Shown here in pieces: positions 46,382 to 51,435 of a stretch of DNA of 51,435 nt. The notes beneath the pieces are model-generated. The model searched no databases, was not told the origin of the DNA, and was given only the letters and a program-made list of their open reading frames with translations. The first letter of the stretch is position 1; the number at the start of each line of letters is the position of its first letter. Source of the stretch: Candidatus Krumholzibacteriota bacterium (GTDB taxonomy: Bacteria; Krumholzibacteriota; Krumholzibacteriia; Krumholzibacteriales; Krumholzibacteriaceae). Position numbers and translations under genes: made by a program. The stretch spans positions 1 to 51,435 of the forward strand of contig JAFGPI010000053.1 in NCBI GenBank assembly GCA_016926065.1, given 5' to 3'.

Positions 46382-47374
46382 TTAGAATGTCAAGCCCAAC
46401 GACCACCGGTGCACCCGGCCCAGCTCTTTTGCCTGGGGTACGCTGGCATAATCGATCCTGACCCGGTCATTGATAATAAAACCCAGTCCATATGTAGGAT
46501 CCATGATATTTCCATCTCGATCATGCACGTATCCCGCCCGCAGGGCCAGCAGCCGGGCGTAAACATATTCCGCGCCGGCGTGATAGGTATTGGAACGGTC
46601 GAACTCCACCAGGGGCCTGTTCACCTCGGACATTAGCGTGAATTCACTGAGTTCATCGGAAACGGGGGTATAGGCGAATCCCACCCTCAGGTTCCGGGGA
46701 AGATCGGCGGCCTGGTCACGGTTGATATAGGTGATCGAAGGCCCCAAATTGGTAACACTCAATCCCAGGTAGAGCCGGGATATCCGGTAACCGGCGAGAC
46801 CGAAATCGGGAACCCTCCAGATTGCTCCGAAATCAACCGCCACCGAATGTCCGGTGCCATCCATACCTTCGATGGTGGTCCAATCGGGCGCCAGGCTGAC
46901 ATAAATGAATTTCAGATTCATGCCGAGAAAAAACGAATCGGTGAGTTTTACCGCGCCACTAACCGCCGGTGCGATCTCCCAGGAGGAGGCCTCGCCTTCC
47001 TCCTTGGATGACATTTTGGTATGGGTCCAGGTTCCATAGGTCAGGTAATGCAAGGCGAATCCCACCACCGCGATCCCTTCCAACTTGTAAACTCCGGCTA
47101 TATATTCATAAAACACATCCGAAGCCAGGTCGGGGACCAATTGGGAATGCATCAGGTCAACGGTTCTATTTTGAACGGCTAGACCGGCCGGATTCCACCA
47201 GATACCAGTAGCATCATCGGATACGGCGACATAACACTGTCCCATGGCGTTGGCCCGGGCTCCCGGCGGAATAATCAGGCTGGACGCCCCCGCTTCACCC
47301 TGGGCCAAGGAATGACTCGAGAGCATGGCTATCATGAGGATGACCGCCGCAAGCATTCTGATAATCTTTTGCAT
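46382..47374 (-). CDS. porV: PorV/PorQ-family outer-membrane protein (T9SS shuttle-like)
   Basis: Signal peptide followed by GASSLIIPPGARANAMGQCYVAVSDDATGIWWNPAGLA, the N-terminal signature I associate with PorV/PorQ family proteins. It ends ...SLGLTF and lies directly downstream of a PorU-like gene. Confidence 0.7.
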   Translation of the reverse strand: MQKIIRMLAAVILMIAMLSSHSLAQGEAGASSLIIPPGARANAMGQCYVAVSDDATGIWWNPAGLAVQNRTVDLMHSQLVPDLASDVFYEYIAGVYKLEGIAVVGFALHYLTYGTWTHTKMSSKEEGEASSWEIAPAVSGAVKLTDSFFLGMNLKFIYVSLAPDWTTIEGMDGTGHSVAVDFGAIWRVPDFGLAGYRISRLYLGLSVTNLGPSITYINRDQAADLPRNLRVGFAYTPVSDELSEFTLMSEVNRPLVEFDRSNTYHAGAEYVYARLLALRAGYVHDRDGNIMDPTYGLGFIINDRVRIDYASVPQAKELGRVHRWSLGLTF

Positions 47375-47414
47375 GGTTAATTCAACTCCTTCAACAACAT
47401 TATTTCGCTAGTAT

Positions 47415-47444
47415 AAAATAATAGTCCGGGTCTATCCGGGTCAA
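47415..47444 (-). promoter_or_regulatory. Possible sigma70 promoter for porV
   Basis: Minus strand: TTGACC followed by TATTAT (15-nt spacer) or TATTTT (18-nt spacer). The spacer holds the direct repeat GACCCGGA-TA-GACCCGGA (47425-47442). Confidence 0.3.
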
Positions 47445-47505
47445 GCACTTTGACGCCCCCCGCCCCCCTTTGCCCGAGCCCCGTAATCTAGTATTTATTA
47501 ACAAG

Positions 47506-50500
47506 TTATTGTAACAAAACCACCTTTCCCTTGACTATTTCCTTACGATTGAAGGAATCTCTGAATACAACTTCCAAAATATACAGATACGTTCCGTTGG
47601 CCAGACGGCTTCCGGCAAAATCCCTACCCCTCCAGTAGATACTGTTGAAGCCTTCCCGGCCGACGATATTTTTCCGCCAGATTTCCACTCCGGATACATT
47701 ATAGACGCGCAGGCAAACATCCGCGTCATTGCTGAGCTGAAAGATGAAGTTGGTACTCTCGGTGAAGGGATTGGGTAAATTGAATACATCACTGACCGTG
47801 AACAGCCCCTCTTCCACTACCTCGAAGCTCAAGGTATCGCTGGCCGCCATTCCCAGATTATCATAAGCCCTGACCATCACCGTATGCGGACCGGGGCTCT
47901 TTTTCTCCAAAGAGTATTTTATCTCCCCGGAAGCCGATGAATTGGGATAATACTCGAAGGCCTCGGTGATGTAGATGGGAATACCGTCTTGATCGAATTC
48001 CAGAAATATCGAACTTTGGGGATCGGATCCCAGTATGGCGATGCCGTCCGGATCGGAAATCGAAACGTGCAGTATGGCTCCCTCCTTGACCCGGGTGGCC
48101 TGCCCGGGAAAAAACATATCGATGACGGGCGGTCCGGCGTTGGGAGGAAGGGACGCGGAGGGAATCAACAATAGGGTATCCACCGATCCTACCGCGTCGA
48201 TTCCGGGGGAAGAAAGATAACTTCTTACCCGGGCGTTCAATCCGGTCCGGCAGCGCAACGGAATGACGAAATCTATTCCGAATCTGCCCTCGACCACGTC
48301 CACCGTTCCCTTAAATATTTCCCGGCCCGGCAGATAATATTTGATCTCGTTCGATGTCCCGTAACAATTTACCACTATCCCTTCATCGACCAGCCGCGGA
48401 GATTCCTGTACGATCACCTGCGCCTGGCCGTTGAAAGAGGTCTGCACGCTTCCATTCACGAGCATCGAGCCGTTCACCCAGTAGCGGTGGCCGGTGTACA
48501 TGGAATCCATGCCGGAGACATCATACTCGACGGTGTACGCGGGGACCGCCAGACGGAGGGCGGGATCGCCCAGCAAAGCGTACGAAGCGCTGTTCGTTAC
48601 GAAGGGATTATTCCATTTTACCTTGGCCAGTTGCAGGGCGTATCCGATCGGTTCGGTGCCGGTACTGTCCTGCGAGGTGAATAAATAATCAAACAGGGAT
48701 ACTCCCAGCTCGCGGTTATAGTACCCGATCGTCCCATCGGTGGCCGCGATAACGGCGATGGCGCCTCCCCCCTCGTTAACCACCATCTCCTGCCCCATAC
48801 TTCTTTTGAAGGGATCATCCATGTTTGCCACGGTACAGGAGAAAGCCATGAACAACGGCTCCCGGGGTCCGCATTTAAGCGCAAAAATATCCGAGATGGT
48901 CATCATCGACTCGTCGGCCAGATTGATGGGAGAGCCGTGGCCGATGTAAGTTACCACCAGCGCGCCCTCGTTCCATTCATCCCGGATATCTTCTTTTATC
49001 CCCACCCGTTGGGTACCGAAAAAGGGGTAATCATGCATGTAGAGCTTCTTCAGATCTAAAAAATTCGGAAGGTTTCCTTCCCCCACGGCGATTTCCTCGC
49101 AGTCCACGGTAAAGCAGTAATCGGCGGGGTAATGGGAAAGTTCATCATCGGCGATCAGCACTATCTTGTTCCGCCAGGAGCCCAGATCGACATCCGATTG
49201 GTAACGGACTATCCGGTTAGCCCAGTGATTTGCTTCCCTTTCGGTCAATACGGTCATCCGCCCGATGGCCAGATCATTCAAGGCATCCTCGCCCGGGTCC
49301 AGCTTGGTGAAGAAATCGTCGTTTTCCAGCGCGCTCCTGAGCATCTCGTGAAAATTAATGAACAGGGGGACATAATCCGACCCGGTCCGGGTGATATTTT
49401 TGGGATCGTAATTCCCGTTCCCCACCAGCAGAACGTACCGCAGGACGGGATCATCTCCCTCCCGAAAATTGTCATAGAGGAACTTAAAATAATTCCGCAT
49501 GGCGATCGGATCCTTCATCCCCCCCGAGAAGTTATCGTAGACGTCTTCGATATCAACCGCCTTCACCACCGGCTGGCCGGCGTGAGGGAGATTCAGGGAA
49601 TGGAAGTTCCTCAAGGTAAGAGCCGCCTCTTCAAAACGATTATGGTAGATTATGACCATTTGGGGCGCCTCGGTTTCGTCCCTCAGGGAGGGCAAATCCC
49701 CCCCCATCCTGCTGGCCACCTCAAGCCCCGGCTTCCTCAGAGCCCCATCCTCCACGGCGACATAGTGCGCCGGAACGGTGCCCAAATCATCATCGAACCT
49801 GATGGCTCCACCTTCATTCTGCCATCCGGTCAATAACACCGGATTCCGGTACCAGGTCACGTCCAGCAGGGTCGGATCGGGGGAAGTGAAATTGCTCATT
49901 TCGAACCGGGCCCTGCCGGGGGTGGGGGGAGTGAAAAAATCAAGCCTGCCCCCCTGGGCGCGGAGATACCGGTCATAGTAAATTTCATACCAGAGAAGAT
50001 ACATAATATTGCTGTCCGGTTTGTCTATTTTAAATATGTTGCTGCCTTCCGCCAGGTTGGTAAGAGAAACCTCCAGCGTATCGGGGTAAAACCGGCCATT
50101 CACCACGGTCCAGTGCAATTGTCCGGCTTCCAAGCCGTTGATATAACCGGTGGCCCGGTTGTGGAGGGATCTATTATCGTAGGGACCATAGCCGAGCATC
50201 CTTATTTTGCCACTCCCACCGGCGATATCGGAAAGGGTGAAATTGTCCACAAAGGAGGTGGAATAAAGGCCCAGTTTGACCCAATACCAGCGATCATCCG
50301 TGTAGATGGCGTCATAGGCTCTATCATATTCTTTATGTAAGCGTTCTTCATAACTATCGATCTCGAAATCGGGGGGGGCCGGACCCGGAGAAACATTCCG
50401 GGAATCCATTCTCCCGGGCGGCGGACCGGGGAAACCATCTTCCCAAGTCAACCAGTACACGGCCTCCAAGGCGTACCTATGATCGTAGTGGTAATTATCA

Positions 50501-51435
50501 TCAGCCCGGGGATCGAGGGTGTTGGACCAACCCTTTATACCGGCGGCGTAAAAAATGATCGATTCCCCCGGCAGGAAAGAACCGGAGCCTTCGCCCCGGT
50601 AAATGATATCATGCTCGAGCATGTGGTAATCCTCTTCGAAGCTGCCCCCATTTCCCACGCTATCTCTCTGTTGAATGGGACCAGTGGAGTAAAGCCGGAT
50701 GGTGGCCGGATCGATATCGAGCGGATTCACCGCCACGCTTAATAGATCATTATAATCGACCGTGTAAAGTCCCGCATCGGTCACTTTGAGTTTTATCCAT
50801 TTATCGGAGTAACTGAGCTCATAGGGGGTTCGCTGGGCCGGCGCTTTGAGACCGGGCCGGACGGCCCAGGTGGAGGCCTGGGCGGCGTTGACTATATACC
50901 GGTCGTCCACATTTTTCCCGGCCGCCGGCCGGGCGGAGACGTAAACGGGGGGAAAGGAGAGGCGGACTACCAAACGCTTAGCGTATACCAGGGCTCTGCT
51001 CTCCCGGTCATAATTGACCGGGAATATATCGACCAAGGCTAGGTATCTGTTACGGTAAATTCCGACTTGGGCTAAAACCGCGTAACCGGCATCCTCTTCC
51101 TGGTCGCTCTCGAGGAGCACCCGGAAATGTTCCTCGATCGGCGTTTCCGCGCTGAACCAGACTTCAGGTAGGAAATTTTCTGCCTGGGCCAGATCCTTCT
51201 CCATCACCTGAAGCCTGATCCCGCGCTGAGCTGGCACTTCGAATATAAATCTCTGCATCGGCACCACCGGCCGGCCCTCTATCCTGCGGGGGATATAGTG
51301 CGGTAAATCAATCTTGGTCAGGGCCACCCCGTCCTTGATCCCCAGTTGCGTTAACTCCGGCACTCCCGGTAGAAACTCGACCGTGACGCTTCCCGGACCG
51401 CTGGATAGGATCCGGTAGGAAGAGGCCCGAGCGGC
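47506..51435 (-). CDS. porU: PorU-like C25 (gingipain-family) cysteine peptidase / T9SS sortase; the 5' end is probably off-window
   Basis: C25 catalytic pair context VTYIGHGSP and FMAFSCTVANMDDP. C-terminal CTD NLPNPFTESTNFIF...YNVSGVEI...ANGTYLYIL. The reading frame stays open from the tracked GTG at 51363 to the window edge. Confidence 0.72.
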   Translation of the reverse strand, partial: AARASSYRILSSGPGSVTVEFLPGVPELTQLGIKDGVALTKIDLPHYIPRRIEGRPVVPMQRFIFEVPAQRGIRLQVMEKDLAQAENFLPEVWFSAETPIEEHFRVLLESDQEEDAGYAVLAQVGIYRNRYLALVDIFPVNYDRESRALVYAKRLVVRLSFPPVYVSARPAAGKNVDDRYIVNAAQASTWAVRPGLKAPAQRTPYELSYSDKWIKLKVTDAGLYTVDYNDLLSVAVNPLDIDPATIRLYSTGPIQQRDSVGNGGSFEEDYHMLEHDIIYRGEGSGSFLPGESIIFYAAGIKGWSNTLDPRADDNYHYDHRYALEAVYWLTWEDGFPGPPPGRMDSRNVSPGPAPPDFEIDSYEERLHKEYDRAYDAIYTDDRWYWVKLGLYSTSFVDNFTLSDIAGGSGKIRMLGYGPYDNRSLHNRATGYINGLEAGQLHWTVVNGRFYPDTLEVSLTNLAEGSNIFKIDKPDSNIMYLLWYEIYYDRYLRAQGGRLDFFTPPTPGRARFEMSNFTSPDPTLLDVTWYRNPVLLTGWQNEGGAIRFDDDLGTVPAHYVAVEDGALRKPGLEVASRMGGDLPSLRDETEAPQMVIIYHNRFEEAALTLRNFHSLNLPHAGQPVVKAVDIEDVYDNFSGGMKDPIAMRNYFKFLYDNFREGDDPVLRYVLLVGNGNYDPKNITRTGSDYVPLFINFHEMLRSALENDDFFTKLDPGEDALNDLAIGRMTVLTEREANHWANRIVRYQSDVDLGSWRNKIVLIADDELSHYPADYCFTVDCEEIAVGEGNLPNFLDLKKLYMHDYPFFGTQRVGIKEDIRDEWNEGALVVTYIGHGSPINLADESMMTISDIFALKCGPREPLFMAFSCTVANMDDPFKRSMGQEMVVNEGGGAIAVIAATDGTIGYYNRELGVSLFDYLFTSQDSTGTEPIGYALQLAKVKWNNPFVTNSASYALLGDPALRLAVPAYTVEYDVSGMDSMYTGHRYWVNGSMLVNGSVQTSFNGQAQVIVQESPRLVDEGIVVNCYGTSNEIKYYLPGREIFKGTVDVVEGRFGIDFVIPLRCRTGLNARVRSYLSSPGIDAVGSVDTLLLIPSASLPPNAGPPVIDMFFPGQATRVKEGAILHVSISDPDGIAILGSDPQSSIFLEFDQDGIPIYITEAFEYYPNSSASGEIKYSLEKKSPGPHTVMVRAYDNLGMAASDTLSFEVVEEGLFTVSDVFNLPNPFTESTNFIFQLSNDADVCLRVYNVSGVEIWRKNIVGREGFNSIYWRGRDFAGSRLANGTYLYILEVVFRDSFNRKEIVKGKVVLLQ

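Overview
In this 51.4-kb window every convincing gene (about 38) lies on the minus strand. No rRNA, tRNA, CRISPR array, transposase or integrase was recognised.

In transcription order (high to low coordinates) the window contains:
1. A type IX secretion (T9SS) block: a PorU-like C25 sortase whose 5' end is off-window, a PorV-like barrel, and an M6/InhA-like metalloprotease with a T9SS C-terminal sorting domain. This block runs with almost no gaps into five uncharacterised envelope genes: two paralogous DUF5683-like proteins, an NHL beta-propeller, an 1143-aa outer-membrane protein and a 3-POTRA Omp85.
2. A self-contained unit with its own near-consensus sigma70 promoter and intrinsic terminator. 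It encodes a small secreted protein and a 792-aa T9SS cargo.
3. thiC-dinG.
4. A hutI-like amidohydrolase, a TPR protein, a PHP phosphoesterase and a TonB-dependent receptor, all behind a perfect sigma54 promoter.
5. A complete type IV pilus supercluster in Myxococcus-like order: pilB-T-C-S-R, pilA, an ABC transporter plus TPR protein, pilD, pilMNOPQ.
6. Housekeeping genes rsmD, coaD, an aspartate aminotransferase, an FAD-linked oxidase and obg (partial).

The two most notable points:
- The uncharacterised outer-membrane gene set is welded to porU/porV. It includes a possible half-size SprA-like barrel that is translationally coupled to an Omp85.
- Five -24/-12 (sigma54) promoter matches sit in front of the pilus operons and the hutI unit.

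All calls rest on reading the translations and sequence by eye. No database search was run.
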